NCBI RefSeq assembly: GCF_030028105.1
Contig: NC_092374.1
Coordinates: 194,179,345 to 194,243,344 of the forward strand
Source: Mobula birostris
Taxonomy: Eukaryota
Length of the DNA stretch: 64,000 nt
Direction of reading: 5' to 3'
Translations under genes and position numbers: made by a program
In this document: piece after piece, positions 48,501 through 61,500 of the stretch
How positions within the stretch are numbered: the first letter of the stretch is position 1
Layout: the number at the start of each line of letters is the position of its first letter
Notes under the pieces: model-generated
Databases searched by the model: none
What the model was told of the DNA's origin: nothing
Seen by the model: the letters and a program-made list of their open reading frames with translations, nothing else

Positions 48501-49627
48501 TTCCTTCCGAATCAGGTTTATTGTCACTGATTTTATCTGGTGAAATGTGTCGCTTTGCGGCAGCATTACAGTGCAGGACCCAACCACGAACCACAGCCAC
48601 CTCTCACTTTTGCCCACACTGCACCAGAATCTGTGGATCCTGGATCGGCCTCTACCCACCAGCAGACAATCCCTGAGGAGAACATCATACTCGACTCGAA
48701 TAGTCGCACTACTACAGTGCAGGGCATTTAAAATAAAACTGTAAATTCTTCATTAATCTGATGGCGGAGAGGTGGAAGCTGTTCCTAAAATGTCGAGTGT
48801 GTGGCTTCAGGCTCCTGTACCTCCTCCCTGACGGTAGTGATGAGAAGAGGGCATGCCCTGAGTGATGGGGGCCCTTCATAAAGGATGCAACCAGTCAGAA
48901 AGCTCTGTAGAAATTTGACAGTGTCTTTGGTGAGATATCAAGTCTCCTCAAATGTCTAATGAGGTACAGCTACTGGTGTGCCTTCTTTGAGGTTGCATCA
49001 GTGTGTTGGGCCCAAGACAGACCTTGGGATATGTTGACATCCAGGAACTTGAAGCTGCTCACCCCTTCTGCTGCTGACCCCACTCAATCTCCTCCAATCC
49101 TCTAAGACTGCAAACTTCCCAATTATGGCTACCTGACCGCTTCAAGTTCGAACCCCCTAGAAGTGTGGGGAAGGAGGTGGCCGTACAGGTGTGCAGACCC
49201 TAAATTCCCTCCCTAAACACCTTGCCCTTTTTCAAGAGTCCTCAAAGGTAAATTTTCTGACCAAACAAACCAGAAGCTGCTGATCAGGCATCATCTGTGA
49301 AGAAGGAAACGATGAAGGCTTCAGATTGAACCAACTAATGATGCTCTATCAGCTCAAAAGGTGGGGTTTCCAGTGGCCAACCATTTTAATTCTATTTCCC
49401 ATTCCCATTCCAAAATATCAATTCATGACCTAGTCAGTTGCTATGATGAGGCAATGTCTCATGTTCCATCTGGTTAGCCTCCAACCTGAAGGCATGAACA
49501 TCAGTTTCTCTAACTTCTGATGATTCCCCACCCCCCAACCCACCCCTACTTCTTATTTCCATTCTAGTTCCCCTTTCACCCTTCTCACCTGTCCATCACC
49601 TTCCTTGGGTCCTCCTCCTCCTTTCCT

Positions 49628-51085
49628 TTAGAATAGAATAGTACAGCACAGTACAGGCCCTTCAGCCCACGATGTTGTGCCGACCCTCAAACCCTGCCTC
49701 CCATATAAGCCCCCAGCTTAAATTCCTCCAAATACCTATCTAGTAGTCTCTTAAACTTCACCAGTGTATCTGCCTCCACCACTGACTCAGGCAGTGCATT
49801 CCACGCACCAACCTCTCTCTGAGTAAAAAATCTTCCTCTAATATCCCCCTTGAACTTCCTACCCCTTACCTTAAAGCCATGTCCTCTTGTATTGAGCAGT
49901 GGTCCCCTGGGGAAGAGGCGCTGGCTGTCCACTCTATCTATTCCTCTTATTATCTTGTACACCTCTATCATGTCTCCTCTCATCCTCCTCCTCTCCAAAG
50001 AGTAAAGCCTTAGCTCCCTTAATCTCTGATCATAATGCATACTTTCTAAACCAGGCAGCACCCTGGTAAATCTCCTATGTACCCTTTCCAATGCTTCCAC
50101 ATCCTTCCTACAGTGAGGTGACCAGAACTGGACACAGTAGTCCAAGTATGGCCTAACCACTTGTTTTATAGAGCTGCATCATTACATCGCGACTCTTAAA
50201 CTTGACTTATGAAAGCTAACACCCCATAAGCTTTCTTAACTACCCTATCCACCTGTGAGGCAACTTTCAGGGATCTGTGGACATGTACCCCCTGATCCCT
50301 CTGCTCCTCCACACTACCAAGTATCCTGCCATTTACTTTGTACTCTGCCTTGGAGTTTGTCCTTCCAAAGTGTACCACCTCACACTTCTCCGGGTTGATC
50401 TCCATCTGCCACTTCTCAGCCCACTTCTGCATCCTATCAATATCTCTCTGCAATCTTTGACAATCCTCTACACTATCTACAACACCACCAACCTTTGTGT
50501 CGCCTGCAAACTTGTCAATCCACCCTTCTACCCCCACATCCAGGTTGTTAATAAAAATCATGAAAAGTAGAGGTCCCAGAACAGATCCTTGTGGGACACC
50601 ACTAGTCACAATCCTCCAATCTGAATGTACTCCCTCCACCACGACCCTCTGCCTTCTGCAGGCAAGCCAATTCTGAATCCACCTGGCCAAACTTCCCTGG
50701 ATCCCATGCCTTCTGACTTTCTGAATAAGCCTACCATGTGCAACCTTGTCAAATGCCTTACTAAAACCCATATAGATCACATCCACTGCACTACCCCCAT
50801 CTATATGCCTGGTCACCTCCTCAAAGAACTCTATCAGGCTTGTAAGACACGATCTGCCCTTCACAAAGCCATGACTGTCCCTGATCAGACCATGATTCTC
50901 TAAATGCCCAGAGATCCTATCTCTAAGAATTTTTTCCAACAGCTTTCCCACCACAGACGTAAGGCTCGCTGGTCTATAATTACCCGGACTATCCCTACTA
51001 CCTTTTTGAACAAGGGGACAACATTCACCTCCCTCCAATCCTCCGGTACCATTCCCATGGACAACGGGGACATAAAGATCCTGGC
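49628..51085 (-). mobile_element. 5'-truncated CR1 (RT and C-terminus) inserted in a Penelope-like fragment
   Basis: ORFs 50196-51038 and 49687-50160; tail near 49630; Penelope-type flanks on both sides. Confidence 0.85.
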
Positions 51086-52494
51086 CAGAGGATGGCCCAC
51101 TGTCCTGTCCTATTAGATCCCTTCTTTAGCTCTTTACCTCTCCTACCTCTCACCTCCAAGCTTCTTACTTCATCCCCCCTCCCCCACCCTCCCATCTTCC
51201 ACCACACCTGGTCTCACCTGTCACCTGCCACCTTGTCATCCTTCCCCTTTACTCACCTTCTTTCGCTGGCTTCTGCTGTCTTCCTTTCCAGTTCCGATGA
51301 AAGGTCCTGGCCTTGACTGTTCATTCCCCTCCATACTGTAGTTGTTCCCTGTCCTGCTGAGTTCCTCCAATATTTTGTGTGTGTTGCTCCAAACGACATG
51401 CTGATTATTTTCCCACATGTCTGAGGCAGGGTCTTCGACCTGAGATGCTAACGCTGTTTCTCCCTCCACAGAGTCTGAGTACTTCCAGCAATTTCTGTCT
51501 TTATTCCAGCAGCAACAGTTCTTTAAAATGTTTTTCATTTCTAGTATTTTCTGTTTTACTTTCAGATTTTTGTTGTGACTTTTCTCTTTGTGACCAAATG
51601 TTCGGTCATTCCCCCAAGTTATCTCCCTGAGTGGTTTACATCCAATACTGATTTAATGCATTTCTGTGAAATCCCTTGGGGCATTTTTTGTTTTTGCTGC
51701 ATTTTTAAAAAATAACATTCTATCATCTGAATTTGTTTGTGTTATTGCAGAGAAAACTTGTGTCAAGCCTGGCTGGTGAAACAGATTCACGTGCACACTG
51801 GGTTTATGCACATGGTTCATCCTTGGCCTCCTCTACTGCAAGGGTGAGGTCAGACACAAACTCCAAGGACAGCACTTCATAAGATAAGTGAAATGTGTCA
51901 TTTGCATCAAACCAAATCAGTGAGGATTGTTCTGGGGGCAGCCCACAAGTGTTGCCACACTTCTGCTGCTATCACAGCATGCCCACAGCTCAGTAACCCT
52001 AACCTGTGTGTCTTGTGGAATGTGGGAAGAAACCCATTTTAACGGTCATGCAGAGGGGACATACAAACTCCTCACATACAGCGGCGAGGATCAATTCGAA
52101 GTTCAAAATAAATGTACTATCAAACTACACATACAACCCAGAGATTCATTTTCTTGTTGGCATACACAGCAAGCCCAAGAAAGACATTGAGAGACCACAC
52201 CCCATAGGATGGACAAACAACCAGTGTGCAAAAGACAACAAACAGCGCAAATAGAAAAGAAAAAAAATAATAATAATAAATATATAAGCAAGAATATGAG
52301 ATGAAGAGCCATTGAGAGTTTGCGGGAACAGTTCAGTGATGGGGCCAGTGAAGTTATCTCATCGGGTTCAAGAGCCAGAAAGTTGCGGGTTAATAACTAT
52401 TCCTGAACCAGGTGGTGTGAGTCCTGAGGCTCCTGTACCTTCTTCAGGATGGCAGTGGTGGGAAGAGAGCGTGTCGTGAACAGTGGGGGTCCCT

Positions 52495-52876
52495 TTTCTT
52501 TCTTTCTTTTTCAATCTTTTTATTAATTTCAAAATATAGAAACAAAACATAGCAATAATACAAATAGTAGAAGATATATTGTTACACTTAAGAAAAGTAA
52601 TTGTAAAATCAAATAGTGTAAATTAACAAAGCTCCCAATCATGTAGAACTGACAACAGATAATACAAATCAAAAAAAACTGAAAAAAATTCATGAAAAAG
52701 AAAAAAAACCAAAAAAAAAAACCCCATCCCCAAAGAAAAACAAAATTAATCAACTAAACTAAAAGACTTGGGCAAAACTAACAACTTAAAAATGGAAAAG
52801 AAGAAAATCTTAGTGTCGACGACTCCATTCCCCTCCAACAACAGTACAGAGAGATAAAACAAGTTTGGAAATGATA
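52495..52876 (-). mobile_element. 5'-truncated L1-like 3' end with 10-bp TSD inside a Rex/Babar fragment
   Basis: TSD gggggtccct at 52485-52494 and 52877-52886; poly(A)/(gaaa)n tail on minus. Confidence 0.75.
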
Positions 52877-53982
52877 GGGGGTCCCTGATGACGGATGTTG
52901 CTTTCCTACAACAGTGCTCCAGTAGATGTGCTCAATGGTGGGGAGGGCTTTATCCATGAAGGACTTTTTGCAGGATTTTCCATTCAAGGGTATTGGCGTT
53001 TCCATATACAACCAACCAATATGCTCTCCACCACACATCTATAGAAGTTTGTCAAAGTTTTAGATATTTTACTTTACCAAAGTAAGAGTTCAGCAGGGAT
53101 GAGAAGGGCCGAGATGGTCCGTTTCCGTGCTGTAATTGTTATATGGTTGTATGTCATGTCGAATCTTCACAGACTTCTAAGAAAGTAGTGGCATTGCTGT
53201 GCTTTCTTCATAATGACATTTATGTGCTGGACCCAGGACAGATGCTCTGAAATGATAAAACTGAGTTGCTGACCCTCTCCACCTCTGATCCCCTGATGAG
53301 GATGGGCTGATGGACCTCTGGCTTCCTTCTCCCAAAGTCAACACTTAGTGTTTCTTGGTCTTGCAAACATTGACTGAGAGGTAGTTGTTGTGACACCAGC
53401 CAGCCAGATTTTCGATCTCCCTCCTATATGCTGATCCGTCACCACCTCCATCCCCAGTCGGTGATCGTCAGTGCTGTAAAGCGATCGCTTTAACAGCTAC
53501 GCTTCTGCGGAGCCCGATCACTGGGATGTGTACAGCCCCGGGCTAGAGATTGGCACATGGAATGCATGAGGTGCCGTGATAGCTTTATGTTAACCGCTTC
53601 ACTACCATGCCATGCCGGGGAACCCTGACCCAACATTGTGCAGACACAGCTTCGAATCAATAGTTCTGAGCTTTTGACCCAAGGGACTGAATGAATACTT
53701 GGCATGAGTATGATTGTTACGTTCAGTGATCTCAAACTGAAGAGGTGCAGAGGTCCCCATTACAGAGCTGCAGTGGGGTCACAGTGAAAGGACAAAGTAA
53801 GGCTTTGAAAGTGTATGGCAATGAGGATTGAGAGTTTTTAGTGGAATTACACAAAGCTGGATGAAATACCCAGGCTCTTCTGCCCATCCTAACCATGCTA
53901 CTATTGAGGATAAGCAGTAGAAGTGTGGTTTAGTAAGTATGCAGATGACAAAAATGTAGGTGGTGTTGTGGATAGTGTAGAA

Positions 53983-55134
53983 CAGGAGTCGCCAACCTTT
54001 TTTGCACTGCGGACCACTTTAATATTGACAATATTCTTGCTGACCGGCTGACCGGGGGTGGGGGGGGGGGGAATGGTAGGGTAGCCAAAGGACAAGAGTA
54101 GCAGTCTAATACATTGTGTTTACCTCGAGTAAGACTACAATGACCACGAAGCTTTGTGCGGGCACCAGTGCGCATGAATGTATGTGCCAATTTTTTCCCA
54201 CAAATCATTTTTGGCAATTCTGTTCGGGGGGGGGGGTGTTAATCACAACCGGAATATAGGTGATAAGTGGCTACTACACTCAATTTCATTCCTAAAAAGG
54301 TTTATCTAACAAATTTAATATTAAACACACAGCGCATATTTTCCTCACATGCATATAGTGATAAGTCAATTATCAGGGGAGGACAGGGGAGCTTGAAGTA
54401 AGTGTTGAATGAACTTCCAGTTGAAGTGGTAGAGGCAGGTTCGATACTATCATTTAAAGAAAAAATGGATAGGTATATGAACAGGAGAGGAATGGAGGGT
54501 TATGGGCTGAGTGCAGGTCAGTGGGACTAGGTGAGAGTAAGCATTTGGCACGGACTAGAAGGGCAGAGATGGCAGTGCTGTAATTGTTATATGGTTATAT
54601 AAGTCAATAGCATCATAACATTTTAAGTAATGTTTGGATATTAAATTCACAGCACATATTTTCCCCGTATGAACATATAAAATCATTGCAACACACCATA
54701 TTGCTGAATCAGTGGGAGCCCTGGGCTTGTTTCCCTGCAACAAGACGGTTCCATCGAGGGGTGATGGGAGACAGCGATACTCAAAGGGGGTTCCTTATGT
54801 CCAGTCTATTCTGCAATTTTGTTTTCGTTGCATTCATTGCAGAGATATGTTGAAAATGGAAGCAACATTTTCAGTGCTTTCGTGGCTATCTCAGGATATT
54901 CAGCCTTGACTTTGATCCAGAATGCCGGCAGAGATGTTATGTCAAACATACTTTTTAGCCTGTCGCCATTTGCAAGCTTGAGGAGTTGATCTCCTTCCCG
55001 CGCTGACATGGATGACGCGCGGGTAATGACCTCGCGTGCGTAATGGCTCAACAGTGGGTGTGACAGGGAATGAGGAAAGTTTTCCTCGCGGCCCGGTAGC
55101 ACATGCTTTGCGGCCCGGTGGTTGGGGACCGCTG
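53983..55134 (-). mobile_element. Non-autonomous hAT (Charlie/SPIN-like) element, 8-bp TSD
   Basis: TIRs caggagtcgccaacc / ggttggggaccgctg; TSD gtgtagaa at 53975-53982 and 55135-55142; hATC remnant FWIKVKAEYPEIATKALKMLLPFSTYLC. Confidence 0.88.
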
Positions 55135-57166
55135 GTGTAGAAGGCTGTCATAGGTTACAGAGCTCATAGACAGGATACAGAACTGGGCAGAGAAGTGGCA
55201 GATGCTGTTCAAGCTGGAAAATTGAGAAGTGAAAGGTCGAACTTTTGAAGGCAGAAGTACCAAAAAAAAGGTTATAGCAGGATTCTTAGCAGTGTGAAGG
55301 AAAAGAGAAATCTTGGGCCCCAAGACATAGAAGTCTCAAAGTTGTCACACAATTTGATAGGGCAGTTAAGAAGGTTTGTCGGATTGATTGAGTTCAAGAG
55401 CTCTGAGGTAACGTTGCAGCTCTATACAGCTCTGGTTAGACCACACTTAGAGTGCCATGTTCAGTTCGGGTCACCTTTTTTATAAGAAGGATATGGAAGC
55501 ATAGCAGAAGGTGCAGTGATTTACCAGGATGCTGGCTGGACTAGAGAGCATGTCTTATCAAGTTAAGTTTATTGTCATTTATTGTATATAACTATATAAT
55601 GCACTATATGTAGAAATGAGGAAAAGTTTATCTGAACCAGGGTGTAAAGCACAGTAGTACACAAAATGTACAATAACTTATGAAGGTAAGGATAAAATCT
55701 ACAGATGAATCACACATAAATAACAAACTAAAGTGCATTAATATTAAATATTGTAAAGTATGGAACAGACTAACCAGTGACACTTCGAATATGATGCAGC
55801 CGGGAGTTCAGAAGCCTAATGGCCTGAGGGAAGAAACTGTTTCCTATTCTGACTGTTCTTGTTTTTATGCATTGGAGTCTTTTGCCTGATGGTAGAAAGT
55901 CAAAGAGGATGCTGGATGGATGGGTAGGATAATACTTCCGGAGGTTGGGATGAGTGAGCTAGGGCTTTTCTCTTTGGAGTGAAGGAGGATGAGAGGTGAT
56001 TTGATAGAGGTGTACAAGATGATAAAAGGCATAGATCGAGTGGATCGACAGAAACTTTTTCCCAGGGCGTAAATGGTTGGCTGCCAGTGACTAGTGGTGT
56101 TCCTCAAGTGTCAGTATTGGGGCCGCTACTTTTCGCGTTGCCTGTCAATGATTTAGATCGTGGAATTGATGGCTTTGTGGCAAAGTTTGCAGATGATATG
56201 AAGAGAGGTGGAGGGGTGGGTAGTGCTGAGGAAGCAACGTGATTGCAGCAGGACTTAGACAAATTGGAAGAATGGGCAGTAAAGTGGCAGATGGAATAGT
56301 GTTGGGAAATGTATGATAATACATTTTAGTAAAAGGAACAATAGTGCAGACTGTTATCTAAATGGGGAGAAAATTCAAACATCAGAGGTGCAGAGGGACT
56401 CAGGAGTGTTTATGCAAGACTCCCAGAAGGTTAATTTACAGGTTGAGCCTATGGTAAAGAAGGCAAATGCAATGTTGGGACTTATTTCAAGGGGAATAGA
56501 ATATAAAAACTTGGAGGTAATGCTGAAGCTTTATAAGACACTAGCCAGATCTTGGAGTATTGTCAACTGTTTTAGGCCCCATAATCTCAAAAAGGATACG
56601 TTGTCATAGGAGACAGTCCAGAGAACTTTCACAAGGATTATTCTGGGAATGAAGGGGATACCATATGAGGAGCATCTGGCAGCTTTCAGACTAGGATTTA
56701 GAAGAAAGTGTGGGGATCTCATTGAAACCTACCAAATGTTGAAAGGACTAGATGTGGAGAGGATGTTTCCTCTGGTGGGGGAAAATTGAGAGGTGACCTT
56801 TTAGAACAGAAGTAAGGAGGATTTTGTTTTTTTTAGTGTGGAATGGGCTGCCAGCGGCAGTGGTGGAAGCGGAAACTATAGGGTCTTTTACGAGACTCCT
56901 GGATGGATACATGGAGCTTAGAAAAATAGAGGGCTATGGGTAGGCCCAGGTAGTTCTAAGGTAAGGACATGTTTGGCACAGCTTTGTGGGCTGAAGGGCC
57001 TGGATTGTGCTGTAGATTTTCTATGCTTCAAAGAGTGGTGAATCTGTGGAGTGCTCCGCCACAGATTGTGGTGGAGGTCGAGTCCATGGGTATATTTAAA
57101 GCGGAAGTTGATAGATTCCTGATTGGTGTGGGCATCAAGGGATATGGTGAGACAGTAGGTATATGG

Positions 57167-58595
57167 CAGTGGTCCCCAACCACTGGGCCACAGACCGGTA
57201 CTGGGCCGCAAAGCATGTGCTACCGGGCCGCGAGGAAACGATATGATTTGGCGATATGAAACAATATGAGTCAGCTGCACCTTTCCTCATTCCCTGTCAC
57301 GCACTTTTGAACTTGAAAATAGGGTTGCCAACTGTCTTGTATTAGCCAGGACATCCTATATTTTGGGCTAAATTGGTTTGTCCCATACGGGACCCCCCCT
57401 TGTCCTGTATTTCCCCCGCTAAGGTAGAGCGTTCCTATGAAACCATTCGTCAGTCGAAATGGCGTAAAGCGAAGAAGCAATTACCATTAATCTATATGGG
57501 AAAATTGTATTAGTGTTCCCAGACCCAAAAAATTTAGATTAGATTATGAGGACACGCAGTTCCCTTTTATTGTCATTTAGTAATGCATGCATTAAGAAAT
57601 GATACAATGCCTTTCCAGAATGATATCACAGAAACACATGACAAACCAAGACTGAAAAACTGACAAAAACCACAAAATTATAACATATAGTTACAACAGT
57701 GCAAAGCAATACCATAATTTGATAAGAACAAACCATGGGCACGGTACAGTCTCAAAGTCTCTCGAAAGTCCCAACATCTCACGCAGACGGTAAACCTCCA
57801 GCGCCGCCAACTTGCCGATGCAGCATCCCGGAAGCATCCGAACACAGTCCAACTCCGAGTCCGTCTGAAAACTCCGAGCCTCCGACCAGTTCTCCAACAC
57901 CGAGCACCGAGCACCATCTCCGCCGAGCGCTTCGACCCCGGCCCCAGTAACAGACAAGGCCGAGGATTTGGGGCCTTCCCTCCGGAGATTCTCGATCGCA
58001 CAGTAGCAGCAGTGGTGAAGCAGGCATTTCAGAAGTTTCTCCAGATGTTCCTCCGTGTTTCTTCACGTCTGTTTCTATCAAATCAGGATTGTGCACGGCA
58101 TCCTACTTCACAGATACAATATCAATTTGGAACAGCCACGCGCGCTGCCAAATAACCTACCAAATCATACCAAATAACACATAAAACCTAAAATAACACT
58201 AACATATAAAGTAAAAGCAGGAATAATATGATAAATACACAGCCTATATAAAGCAGAAATAATGGTATGTACAGTGTAGTTTCACTTAACAGAATCGGGA
58301 AGATTAAGCCAAAACCGATTTGTAGAAAAAAATCAGCACGTACACACATGCACACATCACGTATGCGCACGTCATGCATGCACACACAGGTGCCCGCACA
58401 AGGCTTCATGGTCATGGTAGTCTTTCTCGGGGTAAACACAAGTGTCCCGTATTTGACTGCTACTTTTGTCCCTTATTTGGGAGTGAGAAAGTTGGCAACC
58501 CTACTTGAACACCCCCCCCACCCCCCATCAGCCGGTCCGCAAGAATTTTGTCAATATTAAACCGGTCCGTAGTGCAAAAAAGGTTGGGGACTCCG
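57167..58595 (+). mobile_element. Second copy of the same hAT family, opposite orientation, 8-bp TSD
   Basis: cagtggtccccaacc ... ggttggggactccg; TSD gtatatgg at 57159-57166 and 58596-58603. Confidence 0.85.
57320..58503. mobile_element. Nested hAT-type element with TAGGGTTGCCAAC TIRs
   Basis: tagggttgccaact ... agttggcaacccta; TSD cttgaaaa / cttgaaca (57312-57319, 58504-58511). Confidence 0.8.
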
Positions 58596-61500
58596 GTATA
58601 TGGGGTCGAATGGGATCTGGGATCAGCCATGATCAAATAGCGGAGCAGACTTGATAGTCTGAATGTCCTAATTCTGTCTCTATGTCTTATGGTCTTGAAG
58701 TCAAAATGGCTAACTTGAGGGGCATTTCTTTAAAGTGATTGGAGGAAAATGTAGGGGGGTTGTTTTTATACAGAGTGGTGGGTGTATGAAATGCACAGCC
58801 GGGGTGATGGTGGAGGCAAATCCATTAGATAAGCACACGGATGCCAGAAAAATGGAGCACTAAGTGGGAAGGAAGGGTTAGTTTGGTCACGGAGTAGATT
58901 AAAATATCAGCACCTATCATAGGGTAAAGGGCTGTACTGGGCTGTAACATTCTATGTTCTATATTCTCAATAGTGGGGAGGGCTGTGCCCATGATGAGTC
59001 TACAACCCCTCAGCAGTTTCTTTTGGCGTCTCTGCGCCAGGCAGTGATGCAACTGGACCGCTTGCCAGATAGCACGTGCCTTGGAGAAGGAACCCCAGGT
59101 CCTGGTTGTCTTAAAACACAAGAGGTTCTACAGATGCTGGAAATCCAAAGTAGCACACACACACAGAAAACTATGGAGGAACTCAGCAGGTCAGGCAGCA
59201 TCTATGGAAAAGAATAAAGAGTCAATGTCTCAGACTGAGAATTACTGCTGATTGTCTTGCCCTCTCTAGCGTACCAGGGAACTTGACTCTTAATGTTCTT
59301 TCTTTGTTTTGTGGCTATCGGGAGAAATACGAATTTCAGAGTTGTGTATGGGCACAATAAATTAACCTTGGAACCCTGGTTCCTGTTCCCATCAGGGCAG
59401 GGTTCGCACGTACCCACACTGAGGCAGAGCCTCGGTGTCTACCCTCCCGTTACACTGGGTTCTTTCAGCAAGGAACCTGCTTTCCCTTGCAGAATCAGTG
59501 TGAATGCTGAGACTGCCAACAACATGCTCAAGCGTTGTGTAAACTGAATGTAAAAGTGACAGGATCATGTCACACAGTCAGCAGGTCAGACGGGATCTAT
59601 TTTTGACTGAGATGACATAGGCTCAAAGACTCCTCATGACTAATGAATTACAAACCATTGTTGTCTAACTGAAGACAGAAGTAACTGCAGACTCTGAAAT
59701 GTGGAGCAACAAACAATCTGCTGGAGTAACCCAGTGGGTCAAATGACATCTGTCAGGGGAAAAGAATTGTCAACGTTTCGGGTTAAAACCCTGTATCATG
59801 ACTGATCATAAGGTTTAATTCAAATACAATCACTCTGTTTAAGATACAGTCAGACAGCGTCTTAAATAGACAGGGAACAGAAAAACAAATAGTTTTACTG
59901 GTAAGTTTGTTTTAGTTTATTATTGTTATATGTACTGAGGTACAGTGAAAAACTTTGTACTGTATGCCAAGCAGACAGATTATTTCATTACATCAGTGAT
60001 TCGAGGTACTACACAGAAAACGCAATAGCAGAATGCAGTATCTGCAGAATCTCTTGTGCTTATACACAATATAGAGAGTTAGAGAGAGAGTGCAGTGCAG
60101 AGAGACAACACGGTGCAAGGACATGGTGAAGAAGATTGTGAGGTCAAGAGTCCGTCTGGTTGTACCAGGGAATCGTTGCAATGTCTGATAACAGCGGGAT
60201 AGAAGCTGTCCTTGAGCCTGGTGGTAGGTGCTTTCAGGGTTTTGTATCTTCTGCCTGATGGGAGAGGGGAGAAGGGAGAATGTCCAAGCTGGAAAGGGTC
60301 TTTGACCTCCTGAGCCAGTGAGGAGTTTAGATAAAGCCCATGGAGTGGAGGCGACTTTTTGTGTTAGATGAAGCTGTGTCTACAATGCTTTGCAGTCAAA
60401 TGCAAGCAAACAGGATTAATGTTGATGGACTTGATAGGACAAAGGCTCTACAAAGTAGAGCTGTCTATGCTCTACAAAGCTCAAATTCAATATTCAAAGT
60501 AAATTTATTGTCAAATACATCTATGTTACAATATACAACCTTAAGAATCATTTCTTGCAGGCATTTACAGGAAGAAATGCAATAGAATTTGCAAAACAAA
60601 ATATATACATAGAGAAAGCCTGACAAACAACCAATGTGCAAATGAAGACAAACTGTGGAAATAAAATTAAATATTGAGAACGCGAGCTGTAAAGAGTTCT
60701 TGAATGTTAGTCTGTAGGTTGTGGAATCAATTCGGAATTGAGGTGAATAAAGTTATCCACGCCAGTTCAGGAGCCTGATGGTTATGTGATAATAACTGTC
60801 CCTGAACCTGGTGGTGTGGTACCTTCGGATTCTGTCCCATTGGTACAGTACTAGCATGGCCTGGATGGTGAGGTTCCTTGATGATGGATGCTGCTTTCAT
60901 GTGGCACTGCTCCACGTAAATGTGTTTAATGATGGGGACGCTTTCCCTGTGATGAATTGAGCTAGTCCACCACTCTCTGTAGCCTTTTGTTCTGTTCCTG
61001 GGTATTGGTGTTTCCATACCGGGCTGTGATTTAACCAAGTCAGGACACTCTGCACTGTGCGCAGATGATAAAGCTCACTATGATAAAGCTTCCAAGCAAG
61101 TTGGGTCCTTGTCAGAATATTACCTCCCTACGGGGTATAATCACTAGGAAACCAACATCCCTAACTAACCCCTGAGCTGTAGAGACTATTACAAGCCTTA
61201 GTGGTAAGTCAAGACTCATGTATAGACCCAACAAAGTAAAGTCTTCCCCGCAGTACATCCATGAGCCGACCAGAGTCGAAAAGTTTTGTTTGGTCTTCAC
61301 TGGGACCAACCTTTTGTCCTTTCCAAAGATGAGGAGGAATTTCTCTACCGGTGGAGAAATGTCACGGTATATATTTAAAGAAGAGGTTGATAGGTTCTTC
61401 ATTAGTAAGGTCATCAATAAGTCAGCTATGATTGAATGGTAGAGCAGACTCAATGGCCCAATTGCCATTCTGCTCCTATGTCTTATTGTCTTATGGTCTT

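Noticed and set aside
53497-53630. LIM-like fragment WHMECMRCRDS on +
   Set aside because: Missing required Cys ligands, followed by a stop, and no good donor.
59493-59547. Candidate exon ISVNAETANNMLKRCVN*, faintly like Gla propeptides
   Set aside because: Only a short motif resemblance with no adjoining Gla exon; could be chance.
61200-61300. ORF YRPN...QYIHEPTR as a gene exon
   Set aside because: Resembles an old CR1/L2 endonuclease remnant followed by CR1 3' sequence.
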